The notes: a model not told the origin generated them from the sequence alone. A stretch of 35,336 nucleotides of DNA from an uncultured Acholeplasma sp. (GCA_937868795.1 CALMNM010000136.1:1-35336); one strand, 5' to 3'. Shown: positions 24,486 through 32,961, counted from the first letter of the stretch. Numbers and translations: made by a program.

Positions 24486-27400
24486 TGGTTGAATATTATC
24501 TTCGATCAACAAGTTCGTATTTAAGTGATGGCGGTGCGTTTTCGAAGATAATGAGTACTTCATATACCTCGGAAACTTCTTTCCAGACGTCTGTTCCATT
24601 AATGTCAACGGTATATGGATACTTTTATACTGAAAGTCAGGTGCCATTAAATGGTAATTGGGGAACTAATTCTTTTAATGTTAATCTTTATTTATCTCCA
24701 GAAAGTGGAGTATTTCTTTACGCTAAAGTAAGAATCACCAGAGTTAATTATGCTGGAGTAGTCCAAGAATCTTCTGATTGGTCAGATGAACAACAAATTG
24801 CTTCAGAATCACAGTATTTATTTTCGTGTGATAATATTGAATGGACTTCTGGTAATTACAAAGATCGTATCCGTATTGATGTTGCATATAGAAATGCATC
24901 GGCGGCAACAGCATACAACATGGGAACTTACGTCGATGGAAGCAGTAATTATTCATATGTAGAATCTCCAATAAATTGTGAATATATCGTTTATAACCTT
25001 CGTTCAATAAATTCTGATTTGGGCGGAGGATCAGATTTTACAAAGATAATGAATAAGGAAACTGGTTCCAGAACAGCGGTAACATTTTACATGCCACAAG
25101 GAACGACACATAATAATTATTTTATTACTGAACAAAACGTTCCAGATAATGATAAATTCAATACAGGAGCAACAATAGTTTATTTCGAGGTAAGCTCAAA
25201 TGCATATTTATATACAAAAATGCGACTCCAGAGAATAAGTGCTTCTGGAACGGTTTTGGAATCTTCAAGTTATTCATCAGAACAACAAACTTCTTATGGG
25301 GGATATATTTTTGAAATTCCATCAAAAACATGGTCTGCTGGTAATGATACTGATAGAATACGACTTCATCTTGTAATGCGAGCAGTTGGTGGAAATGCTG
25401 GTGGTTCTGTTTATACCAATGAAGGATATCCAATAAGTCAGTTTTGTGCAACTTCTATTGAAGAAAGTCCATGTAATTTATCTGGAGTCACTGCAGCCGA
25501 ATCATCATCCGAAGGATATTTATCACTCAATCCTTCGATAATCAGGGGAATATGCGACGCTGTTTCCAACTCTACTGGTAATCTTGGTATAATTATACCA
25601 ATTGCAGGACAGACTAACGCTGTTGCTTCTTTAGAAGGTCATTTATCAACGATAATTCCATTATCTGGTTCATGTGCTGCCGTTTCAGAATCGACGGGAG
25701 CAATTGAAAATCAAACTTTCATTAATGGTCTTACCGAAGCAGAAGCGTCATCAGAAGGAACGTTATCGCTCATCAGGGCCATTGCTGGCGAAACTGTTGC
25801 TACCTCTGGTTCAACTGGTGTGCTCGATGTTCAGTCAGGACTTAAAGGTTCATTAATAGCGAACAGTTCATCGGAAGGTAATCTGACGTTTATAACTGGA
25901 TTATCTGGAACTACAGCGGCTGTATCTGGTTCATCGGGTGCTCTTTCTTTTGTGACTATGCTTCGTGTTCAGCGGAGAACAGAATTTACTGATTTTGCTG
26001 ATCACGTTTTTATTCCTTTTACTGATGGTAGTTTCCAAGATGATATCGATCTTGTCGGAGGAGAAACATACTGGTATCGGGCCTGTAAGGTTGTCGATCA
26101 AGTAAGTCATGATTGGTCAAATATAACTTATGCGACATACGCTTCCACATCAGTTTTAATTGAAGGCACTACATCGGCTATATCTTCATCTGAAGGTATT
26201 CTGACACTTGATGTTGGCCTTGCAGGGACTACAGCGGCTGTTAGTGCTTCTTCTGGTGCTCTGTCGGTAGAAATAAAATTATTAAGTCTTGTTGAAGCAG
26301 AATCTTCGTCAGAAGGTTCTCTCAATGTTGATTATGCTCTCGGTGGAGTGACGGTTGCTGAATCTCTTTCATTCGGTGCTCTCGAGGTAGGACAATTTCT
26401 TATCGGAGAAACAGAAACAGTTTCGTCGTCCAGTGGTTCATTAAGTGTTGATTATGCACTTGCTGGAATTGCATATTGTGGTAGTGAAGTTGTAAATCCA
26501 GAATTTGAATACGGGCTTGATGGGTGGGAATACGACGATCTTGGTGGATCAATAACTATTGAACCTTATGGTTCTGGAAATTGTGTTAAACTCGCTGCAA
26601 ATCCATCAGATTATGTTTATATCTATCAAGAATGTCCGAATAATACTAAATCCAATTTATTACTGGTTGATATTAATGTAACTGAAGTCAATTCTTTAGT
26701 TTATATAACCCTCGGATGTAATTTATGGACAGGAAGAACTCCACCATTTGATCCTCCGCCGTATTATAGTTATGCATTTCTTGGTTCCGTATCAATAACG
26801 TCACCGACTGCAGGAATGATTCGTGTTGCAATTCCATTTGATCCAATATTATTGGGATATCCAAATTCCTACTTTGATGTTTATGTTGACGTTGGAGATG
26901 CAACAGCATACGTCGATAAAATTATTCTAACAGAATCAGCGACCCTTGATTTACAATCTGGTCTTATTGGAACTACTGCAGCCGAAGCATCAAGTGAAGG
27001 TTTCCTCTCGCGTGATATTGCTATTGCGGGTCAGACGGACGCTATTTCTGGTTCTTCTGGTATTATCGTCGAGCTGGCTGATCTCGTTGGAGATTCATCG
27101 GCGGTAAGCTCATCCAGTGGTTCACTTTCAATCGATTGTGCGTTAATTGGAATCACAGCGGCTGAATCTACATCGGAAGGCGAATTAACACTCAATATCA
27201 GCCTTGCAGGTTCTTCAATTGCTGAATCTGCAACAGAAGGTAGGCTTGTTGGTGATGTTCCATTTGAAGGTTCTTGTTCTGCCGTTTCAAGTTCAGAAGG
27301 AACGATTACCTTTACTATTCATATTGCAGGAACGTGTGCGGCAGAAAGCAGTTCATCGGCGACCCTCTATAATTACTGCTTCCTTTCGGGCACTACTGCT

Positions 27401-27763
27401 GCTGTTTCATCGACTGCAGGCCACGTTTCAGTAATCAGATACCTGTATGGTCAGACTGATGCCGTTTCATTCAGTGAAGCTGACCTTGTTAATATTCAAA
27501 CTCTCGATATTGCAGGTTCATGCACGGCGATATCTGGTTCTGAAGGTATCCTTTACATTCAGACAGAAGGTAAAGAAATTGTCCTGTTTGATTCGACTAT
27601 TTCCCGAATTATCGAATTTGACAGCACAATTACAAGAGTAACAGAACCCACTTCAACCATAACTCTCCTATTATTATTCGATTCAACAATCGACACTCTC
27701 ATCGAAGATGAAAGTACGATTACCAGAATATTAGAATTTGATTCGGAGGTTCCAGATGACTGA
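24485..27763 (+). CDS. Tail fibre / receptor-binding protein 2 (1092 aa), paralogous to fibre 1. It has two tandem ~150-aa N-terminal domains, SSEG-type 20-aa repeats, an embedded CBM-like beta-sandwich domain (~26481-26930) and C-terminal 11-12-aa FDSTITRI-type repeats
   Basis: Start overlaps the upstream stop (ATAATG). The repeat families and the CBM4/9-like opening motif N-P-E-F-E-Y-G-L-D-G-W-E-Y are read in the translation. The whole gene is AT-rich. Confidence 0.55.
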   Translation: MVEYYLRSTSSYLSDGGAFSKIMSTSYTSETSFQTSVPLMSTVYGYFYTESQVPLNGNWGTNSFNVNLYLSPESGVFLYAKVRITRVNYAGVVQESSDWSDEQQIASESQYLFSCDNIEWTSGNYKDRIRIDVAYRNASAATAYNMGTYVDGSSNYSYVESPINCEYIVYNLRSINSDLGGGSDFTKIMNKETGSRTAVTFYMPQGTTHNNYFITEQNVPDNDKFNTGATIVYFEVSSNAYLYTKMRLQRISASGTVLESSSYSSEQQTSYGGYIFEIPSKTWSAGNDTDRIRLHLVMRAVGGNAGGSVYTNEGYPISQFCATSIEESPCNLSGVTAAESSSEGYLSLNPSIIRGICDAVSNSTGNLGIIIPIAGQTNAVASLEGHLSTIIPLSGSCAAVSESTGAIENQTFINGLTEAEASSEGTLSLIRAIAGETVATSGSTGVLDVQSGLKGSLIANSSSEGNLTFITGLSGTTAAVSGSSGALSFVTMLRVQRRTEFTDFADHVFIPFTDGSFQDDIDLVGGETYWYRACKVVDQVSHDWSNITYATYASTSVLIEGTTSAISSSEGILTLDVGLAGTTAAVSASSGALSVEIKLLSLVEAESSSEGSLNVDYALGGVTVAESLSFGALEVGQFLIGETETVSSSSGSLSVDYALAGIAYCGSEVVNPEFEYGLDGWEYDDLGGSITIEPYGSGNCVKLAANPSDYVYIYQECPNNTKSNLLLVDINVTEVNSLVYITLGCNLWTGRTPPFDPPPYYSYAFLGSVSITSPTAGMIRVAIPFDPILLGYPNSYFDVYVDVGDATAYVDKIILTESATLDLQSGLIGTTAAEASSEGFLSRDIAIAGQTDAISGSSGIIVELADLVGDSSAVSSSSGSLSIDCALIGITAAESTSEGELTLNISLAGSSIAESATEGRLVGDVPFEGSCSAVSSSEGTITFTIHIAGTCAAESSSSATLYNYCFLSGTTAAVSSTAGHVSVIRYLYGQTDAVSFSEADLVNIQTLDIAGSCTAISGSEGILYIQTEGKEIVLFDSTISRIIEFDSTITRVTEPTSTITLLLLFDSTIDTLIEDESTITRILEFDSEVPDD
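27584..27750 (+). repeat. C-terminal short coding repeats (about five 11-12-aa units FDSTISRIIE / FDSTITRVTE / ...STITLLLL / FDSTIDTLIED / ESTITRILE)
   Basis: Read in the translation of the last ~55 codons of fibre gene 2. Confidence 0.55.
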
Positions 27764-28058
27764 TGATATTTATGTAGGCGCTATCGGTGTGGAGTTCAGG
27801 CCCGATGTTGGAACTTCACTTTCAGGCGCAACCAAAATGGAAATTTGGGCAGAAAAACCGTCAGGAGCAATTGTTCATTGGACGGCTTTACAGTATGGCA
27901 GTACGACTAAACTAACTTATAAGACGGTTTCGGGTGATCTCGACGAATCTGGTACATGGACATTCATGGGCTACGTCGAATGGGGTTCTACCGATCACCA
28001 TTGGGGAATCGCTTACGAGAAGGAAATTCTCGAGTTGTTCACAGTTCCAGAGTCTTAA
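27756..28058 (+). CDS. Small beta-rich protein (~100 aa), last gene of the structural operon
   Basis: The internal ATG at 27756 was chosen because it overlaps the fibre-2 stop (ATGACTGATGA context); the track start at 27738 would overlap by 26 nt. Confidence 0.4.
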   Translation: MTDDIYVGAIGVEFRPDVGTSLSGATKMEIWAEKPSGAIVHWTALQYGSTTKLTYKTVSGDLDESGTWTFMGYVEWGSTDHHWGIAYEKEILELFTVPES

Positions 28059-28069
28059 TTTTTTTAAAA

Positions 28070-28095
28070 GAGGGTTATTTTCCCCTCAATTTTTG
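28070..28095. terminator. Candidate bidirectional intrinsic terminator at the convergence point (GAGGG-TTATTTTC-CCCTC followed by AATTTTT on +, preceded by A-run/T7)
   Basis: The 5-bp stem and flanking T-runs on both strands are read directly; the stem is short and overlaps the last SNF2 codons. Confidence 0.3.
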
Positions 28096-29757
28096 AAGGA
28101 TTTCTTTTCTCACATTTTCATCATTGATGGCCTGACCATCGACAACCTGATCAAATAAATCCTGCTTGGTGTCGAGAACTTCTTTTACTCTCTCTTCAAT
28201 ATCTTCGGCGATGAGATTAATGATAATCTTATCATTCTTGGCTCCAGTTCGATGAATACGATCAATTCTCTGGTTAAGTTTCGCAGGATTCCACGGGATA
28301 TCAAAATTAATGAGGATATCGACAAACTGCAGATTCATTCCATATCCGAAAATCTCGGTGGCAATAAGCACTTTGAATTTATCCTCTTTGAAATCCTCGA
28401 TAGCTTTGACTCGCTCATCAGCACTGCTATCACCTGTAAGAATCCTTATTCCAGTATTTCCTTCTCCTGTGAGGTAGCGATTCAGCATATGAGCGATGGT
28501 TTTGAACTGCGTGAAGATGAGCACTTTGTTATCGCCTGCCTCATCGAGAATTGTCGCTACCTCTTGGAATTTGTTATCGCAATGGTCAGGCGGAAGGGTG
28601 CGCGGAATGTAACCGCTTCCCTTCAACGAATTTACCATCGGAGAGGTTGAATCATAGAACATACGGAGATCGTCAGCAATTTCACGGAGAAGGATGAGTG
28701 CTCCGAGTGCGGCGGTATCGCTGGTCTGGTCGTTGTTTGCAAATCTGCGAATACCATCGATAACCTGATGTTGTAAAGGTGTCAGTGGTATGATGCGGTT
28801 TTGGATGATCTTTTCGGGGAGTTCAGCCACATCGCATTTCTTACGACGAATCATCAGCGGCGATACCCGCTGCAGGAAATCACTCAAATTCTTATAACCA
28901 ATAAGTTCATGATATCCATCAGGTTTTTGTTGCCACTCACAATATTGGCTCTTAAATTCTCGAGTTGTCATGAATTCAGGAGCGACAACGGATATGATGT
29001 TGAAAAAGTTGTTAAGACTGTTTTCGACGGGAGTTCCTGTCAGAGCGATGAATGCATGGACACGGGGCCGAAGCCAGTTCAGTTCACGCCATATTCTGGT
29101 CTTAACATTCTTGAACTTTGATGCTTCATCGGCGATAATAACAACATCGTTCCAGAACGTCTGAATATCTCTGGTATCACGGACAAAAGATTCATACGTC
29201 GTGAGAATAATGGCTGGATCACCTGATTGCATATAATAATCATATGCAGTGATTCTCGACGCACGGGTTCCTTTCTTTCCAGACAGGATAATGGAATCCT
29301 TATCGATGAAGCGTTTAATCTCACTCTGCCATTGAGGAAGCAGCGATGATGGTGCAAGAATGATAACCTTTCTTTTCTCCTGCATCGAAATATCGATGAG
29401 TGGCATCATCTGAACAGTCTTTCCAAGGCCCATCTCATCAGCGATAAGATAGAACTTCTTGTGGAGAGAGTAAAAAGCACCAACGGCCTGATAATCAAAG
29501 AGAAATGGATAGTCTTTCTTTATCGTGAGTGCTTCCTCGAAAACCATTTTTTCCGAGAGTTTCAGTTGTTCACGAATGGTCAATACTCTTTCACGCAGGT
29601 AGGGGATACCCTCAAGCCTTACAAGGTTGTCATTGGTAGCGGGAACAATCCACTGTTTCTTCCCTGCATCCCACGTTCTTCCAACGCAGGATTTCACTAC
29701 CGCAAGGTCACTATAGAAATTTTCTCCCTGTAAATTAACACGAAGTTCCTGTTTCAT
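28075..29757 (-). CDS. SNF2-family DNA-dependent ATPase/helicase (560 aa) with a ~90-aa N-terminal extra domain
   Basis: Motif I DEMGLGKT, motif II IIADEASKFKN, motif III LTGTPVEN and motif VI QRIDRIHRTG are all present in order; ATG with an AGGTGA SD. Confidence 0.9.
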   Translation of the reverse strand: MKQELRVNLQGENFYSDLAVVKSCVGRTWDAGKKQWIVPATNDNLVRLEGIPYLRERVLTIREQLKLSEKMVFEEALTIKKDYPFLFDYQAVGAFYSLHKKFYLIADEMGLGKTVQMMPLIDISMQEKRKVIILAPSSLLPQWQSEIKRFIDKDSIILSGKKGTRASRITAYDYYMQSGDPAIILTTYESFVRDTRDIQTFWNDVVIIADEASKFKNVKTRIWRELNWLRPRVHAFIALTGTPVENSLNNFFNIISVVAPEFMTTREFKSQYCEWQQKPDGYHELIGYKNLSDFLQRVSPLMIRRKKCDVAELPEKIIQNRIIPLTPLQHQVIDGIRRFANNDQTSDTAALGALILLREIADDLRMFYDSTSPMVNSLKGSGYIPRTLPPDHCDNKFQEVATILDEAGDNKVLIFTQFKTIAHMLNRYLTGEGNTGIRILTGDSSADERVKAIEDFKEDKFKVLIATEIFGYGMNLQFVDILINFDIPWNPAKLNQRIDRIHRTGAKNDKIIINLIAEDIEERVKEVLDTKQDLFDQVVDGQAINDENVRKEILQKLRGK

Positions 29758-29826
29758 AATTTATCACCTTTTTTTCAAAACAAAAAAATCCAATGACCGT
29801 TTTATTGGCCCTGTAGCAAAAGGGTA

Positions 29827-29856
29827 TTTGGGGATGGAGAATCATACAACCCCAAA
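29827..29856 (-). terminator. Hairpin (TTTGGGG - 16 nt loop - CCCCAAA) in the 140-bp gap between the thymidylate kinase stop and the SNF2 start; candidate terminator or processing structure for the upstream minus-strand operon
   Basis: The 7-bp perfect stem is read directly. On the minus strand it is followed 5 nt later by TTTTG. Confidence 0.3.
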
Positions 29857-29897
29857 GGACTTTTGCCTCTGCTGCGAATCCTACCCCTATGCGCGGC

Positions 29898-30491
29898 CTA
29901 TGCTGTGAGTGCACCAAATACGCGATTGGCAACAATCTCTTCTGATGCATTCGCGTGAACGATCAAACATCCCTCCCACCATTCTGAATCACGAAGATAT
30001 ATCTCCTGAACCTTTAAAAGCTTTGGGATATACGTGGCATCCATTCCATCGTGACCATTGGCAAATCTCTTTTCAAGAGTTGCCCTATCAGCGACGAGAA
30101 GTATGACATAATCAGGCTGATACGAGTAATTGTGCATCATGCACATATATTCGTAGGCCGAATCGATGGAACACTGCAGGTGCTGGGCGATTTCGACGGT
30201 CTGATAAGCAATCCTCGATTGAAGATATCTATCGGTGATAATCAGATCGGTTCTCACATAAGGATCAATGACTTCACGGAGATGAAGCTGATGATCTTTC
30301 ATGAAGGTGAATAGCCGAGAGAACGGGTCTGGATCATTGAGAAGTTTGTATTTCTCTTCCCGTGTCATCTTATACGGTTCCTTCGTAAAGATAATGTTTG
30401 GATATTCTTCTTCAACGGTAAACATTGTTTGGAGGTTGGAAATCAACGTTGATTTTCCTACCCCGTCAACCCCTTCAATAGCAACTAACAA
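29898..30491 (-). CDS. tmk: Thymidylate (dTMP) kinase-like nucleotide kinase (197 aa)
   Basis: P-loop IEGVDGVGKST and the DRY motif (ITDRYLQS) characteristic of thymidylate kinases. No in-frame ATG exists; the start is TTG, 1 nt after the upstream stop, with AAGGAG ~12 nt upstream. Confidence 0.65.
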   Translation of the reverse strand: MLVAIEGVDGVGKSTLISNLQTMFTVEEEYPNIIFTKEPYKMTREEKYKLLNDPDPFSRLFTFMKDHQLHLREVIDPYVRTDLIITDRYLQSRIAYQTVEIAQHLQCSIDSAYEYMCMMHNYSYQPDYVILLVADRATLEKRFANGHDGMDATYIPKLLKVQEIYLRDSEWWEGCLIVHANASEEIVANRVFGALTA

Positions 30492-30492
30492 A

Positions 30493-31164
30493 TTAGCACA
30501 TCTCCTTTAGCCATTTTCTCGTCGTATGTGTGACTTTGACTTTAAGACAATTGTTCCTTGCATCATCAATAAAATCACCAAAACGTGGATACGTTTCCAT
30601 GATTTCTTTGGCCTTCTTTTCGCCAATACCCGCCATTTGACAGTAATGGACGAAATTAGGGTCAAGATCAGTAACTTTCTTTTTCTTGAATTTTGTTTCA
30701 AGTTCGGAAGCCGTTCTTATTTCACGGTGTTCGACGAACTTTCGATAGAACAGAAATATTCCATCGATGAGTTGAGTGTCGTTTGCAAATTCGACGATAT
30801 GTACGAATGGATATTTGGCTGAAATTGATGCCTTCAACCCCTTCGTATGTTCAGTAGTCCAACCCTTGATGTAATTGTTTGAGAAGTATATGTTTTCGAA
30901 CTTTCCAGATATAAAGAGGTAGGATAAAGGGAAGTTCGAATTCATGCGCTTCAGTTGGTTATCGAGGCGACCAGAACGCTTGGAGAGGATTAAATCGCTG
31001 ACAGTCTTTCTCTCGATGCAAATGTCCGATTCGAGATACTCGTCTCTCGTCCAGATATAATCCCCCGTATCCAATTCCTGAACTTCGTGAGGAATGTTCT
31101 GCTTGTTCGCTGCTTTGGTCACCCGCGCAACCATATCCTGTTCTCGTCCGTCGATCAATAGCAT
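30493..31164 (-). CDS. XPF/Mus81-type ERCC4 nuclease, short form with C-terminal HhH2 (about 223 aa)
   Basis: ERCC4 signature TGDYIW...ICIERKTVSDLILS (GDxn-ERK-x3-D) plus a helix-hairpin-helix pair (MAGIGEKKAKEIMETYP). Start set at ATG 31164, 5 nt after the primase stop; the track start at 31272 would overlap the primase gene by ~100 nt. Confidence 0.7.
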   Translation of the reverse strand: MLLIDGREQDMVARVTKAANKQNIPHEVQELDTGDYIWTRDEYLESDICIERKTVSDLILSKRSGRLDNQLKRMNSNFPLSYLFISGKFENIYFSNNYIKGWTTEHTKGLKASISAKYPFVHIVEFANDTQLIDGIFLFYRKFVEHREIRTASELETKFKKKKVTDLDPNFVHYCQMAGIGEKKAKEIMETYPRFGDFIDDARNNCLKVKVTHTTRKWLKEMC

Positions 31165-31169
31165 CCATC

Positions 31170-32186
31170 TCACCTGTAAATTGCGAGAATGTGAGAGCCT
31201 GAATCTCCCTTTTTGCAGTGAGCACAAAGTCGAGAACTTCTGCAGAAACCTTCTCGTCGTAAAGACTCGCAAGAAGGGAATAAGGATTCATCTCGCTCAT
31301 AGATGTGTTTTGCTTGCCGCTCCTCTCGTATGCAATGAACAGCCTCGGAGACTCCTCTCTTTTGTGCGGTGAGATACCGAGTAATAATATCACAGGCGTT
31401 CCCGTATAATATTCCCGAATCTCGCAGGTAAACAATAAGTAGGAATCTACCCCGCCATCCGACGCGAGTATGAGAGGCATTGGCGAGCAATGAGGCGATG
31501 CAAGGAGGCATTTGTGACAGTATTTCGTCAGAATCAATCTGCGCTTTCACCTCTTCGGTTACTTCAACCTCATAAGATGATTCTTCTGAACTATCGAAGC
31601 CAGATACATCGAATAATTCTTCTCCATTGATTTCGAATTCAAATCTCTGTTCTTTTGCAAGATTGGAATGATATTCGAAACCTTTGATGATCTCATTAGC
31701 AAAAATCGGGATGCAATATCGCTGACGTTTTGTATTCCAAGTGTTCGGAATCGTTGCAACGCGGGCAATATCACCGAAAATTGCTTTATCAAAATGACAA
31801 CAATACTCTTTCAAAAAGTAATCATGTACATTTGTCAGACAAGCTTTCTTATTCTTCAGATTTTCGTACCCCTTCGTGAAGAGGTAAACGTGGTAGCCGC
31901 CACCAGAAAAAAGCAATAAATGTTTAAGATTTGCTTTTCGAAGGTGGAATGTAAAAGCCATCGTATTTTCGAAGGCTTCTGGCCCATCAAAATCAAAGAA
32001 TATCTTGTCGAGATCGAGAGAAATTTTATCGAAGTGTTGACTTCCTGTGAAATTGTAAACAGAAGAAAACAATCTTACTTTGCCATTTAAACGATTGATT
32101 GTGGAGTAAAACTCCTTTCTATCAACCGTTTTTCTGTACGGATATGCGACCTGTCTTGGAAATGTGGAATAGAGCAGATCGTACAA
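31170..32186 (-). CDS. Archaeo-eukaryotic-type primase / primase-polymerase (AEP superfamily) (338 aa)
   Basis: AEP motifs: motif I FFDFDGPE (hhhDhD) and motif II SGGGYHVYL (sGxGxHhh). TTG start with AAGGA 8 nt upstream, immediately after the Cas4-like stop. The Cys/His-rich C-terminal region is a possible Zn-binding domain. Confidence 0.6.
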   Translation of the reverse strand: MYDLLYSTFPRQVAYPYRKTVDRKEFYSTINRLNGKVRLFSSVYNFTGSQHFDKISLDLDKIFFDFDGPEAFENTMAFTFHLRKANLKHLLLFSGGGYHVYLFTKGYENLKNKKACLTNVHDYFLKEYCCHFDKAIFGDIARVATIPNTWNTKRQRYCIPIFANEIIKGFEYHSNLAKEQRFEFEINGEELFDVSGFDSSEESSYEVEVTEEVKAQIDSDEILSQMPPCIASLLANASHTRVGWRGRFLLIVYLRDSGILYGNACDIITRYLTAQKRGVSEAVHCIREERQAKHIYERDESLFPSCESLRREGFCRSSRLCAHCKKGDSGSHILAIYR

Positions 32187-32191
32187 ATCAA

Positions 32192-32923
32192 TCAGTCCTT
32201 AATAATGTCATCGGTGTAGCCGTCACAGAGATTAATGAATTTACAATATGAACAGAGACGTGACCGACTTCTCGGAAACATTGCTCCGTCGTTACTCTTC
32301 ATATTCTCCATGTGAGCCAGCATATCAGCATAATGTTTGTCATATTCGTCTTCGTTAACGTCGATTACGAAAGTTTTCTTTGGAAATTGTGTGAAGAACA
32401 TCCCGATTTTCGATGCATTGATACCAAGACACCGACGAGCAAGTATGACATAGACATAAAGCTCGAAAATGTAATCGTCCATTTTCGGTTTATAGAATTT
32501 GCCTGTCTTGTAATCGATAATCCAATATTCACCATCTTTAAGATAAATGGCATCAATATACCCCGATAAATCAAGTTCATCATCCTCAACCCTTTGCTCA
32601 TGAAGTTCTGCCCGACCAAGACCATACTTATCAAGAATCGTGAAGAGATTTGCGAGATTCTTTTCACAGAACTGCACTCCATCGTCAGTCAAATTGATGG
32701 CATCCATATGGATATCGATAACAGATTCATCAGCATTGGGGTCATTAAATAATTCCAGAACTTTATGCACGACGTTACCGTTCTGCACCTGATGGGAAGG
32801 ACTTTCCCTAATTGACCGTCCAAGCTCTGTCCGATTCTGGAAATAGTACTGTCTCGGGCAAGTCTTGAACGTGTTAATCTTTGACTTGCTAAACGTCCTT
32901 CTTTTTACTACTTGTTCGCTCAA
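32192..32923 (-). CDS. Cas4 / RecB-family PD-(D/E)XK exonuclease with Fe-S cluster cysteines (about 243 aa)
   Basis: N-terminal Cys (TCPRQYYF), GYIDAIYL, IIDYKTGK and C-terminal C-x2-C-x5-C (CSYCKFINLC). TTG start (32923 preferred for its 6-nt spacing to GGAGGAGG). Confidence 0.7.
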   Translation of the reverse strand: MSEQVVKRRTFSKSKINTFKTCPRQYYFQNRTELGRSIRESPSHQVQNGNVVHKVLELFNDPNADESVIDIHMDAINLTDDGVQFCEKNLANLFTILDKYGLGRAELHEQRVEDDELDLSGYIDAIYLKDGEYWIIDYKTGKFYKPKMDDYIFELYVYVILARRCLGINASKIGMFFTQFPKKTFVIDVNEDEYDKHYADMLAHMENMKSNDGAMFPRSRSRLCSYCKFINLCDGYTDDIIKD

Positions 32924-32949
32924 CAACCTCCTCCGTGGTTAATTTTAAC

Positions 32950-32961
32950 TCCCCGAAGGGA
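32950..32961 (-). other. UUCG-tetraloop hairpin (minus strand UCCC-UUCG-GGGA) in the Zn-finger / Cas4 spacer
   Basis: Read directly from the reverse complement of tccccgaaggga. Confidence 0.4.

Noticed and set aside
22850-27750. Periodic repeats as a possible CRISPR array
   Set aside because: The repeats are in-frame 60-nt coding units inside long ORFs with diverged copies and no spacer/repeat alternation; they are protein repeats, not CRISPR.
29735-29950. 71-aa minus-strand ORF spanning the SNF2 start and the thymidylate kinase end
   Set aside because: It overlaps the motif-supported C-terminus of thymidylate kinase in another frame and crosses the hairpin-containing spacer; no SD.
30959-31537. 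192-aa minus-strand ORF overlapping both the ERCC4 and primase genes
   Set aside because: It is out of frame with two motif-supported genes and spans their junction; most likely spurious.
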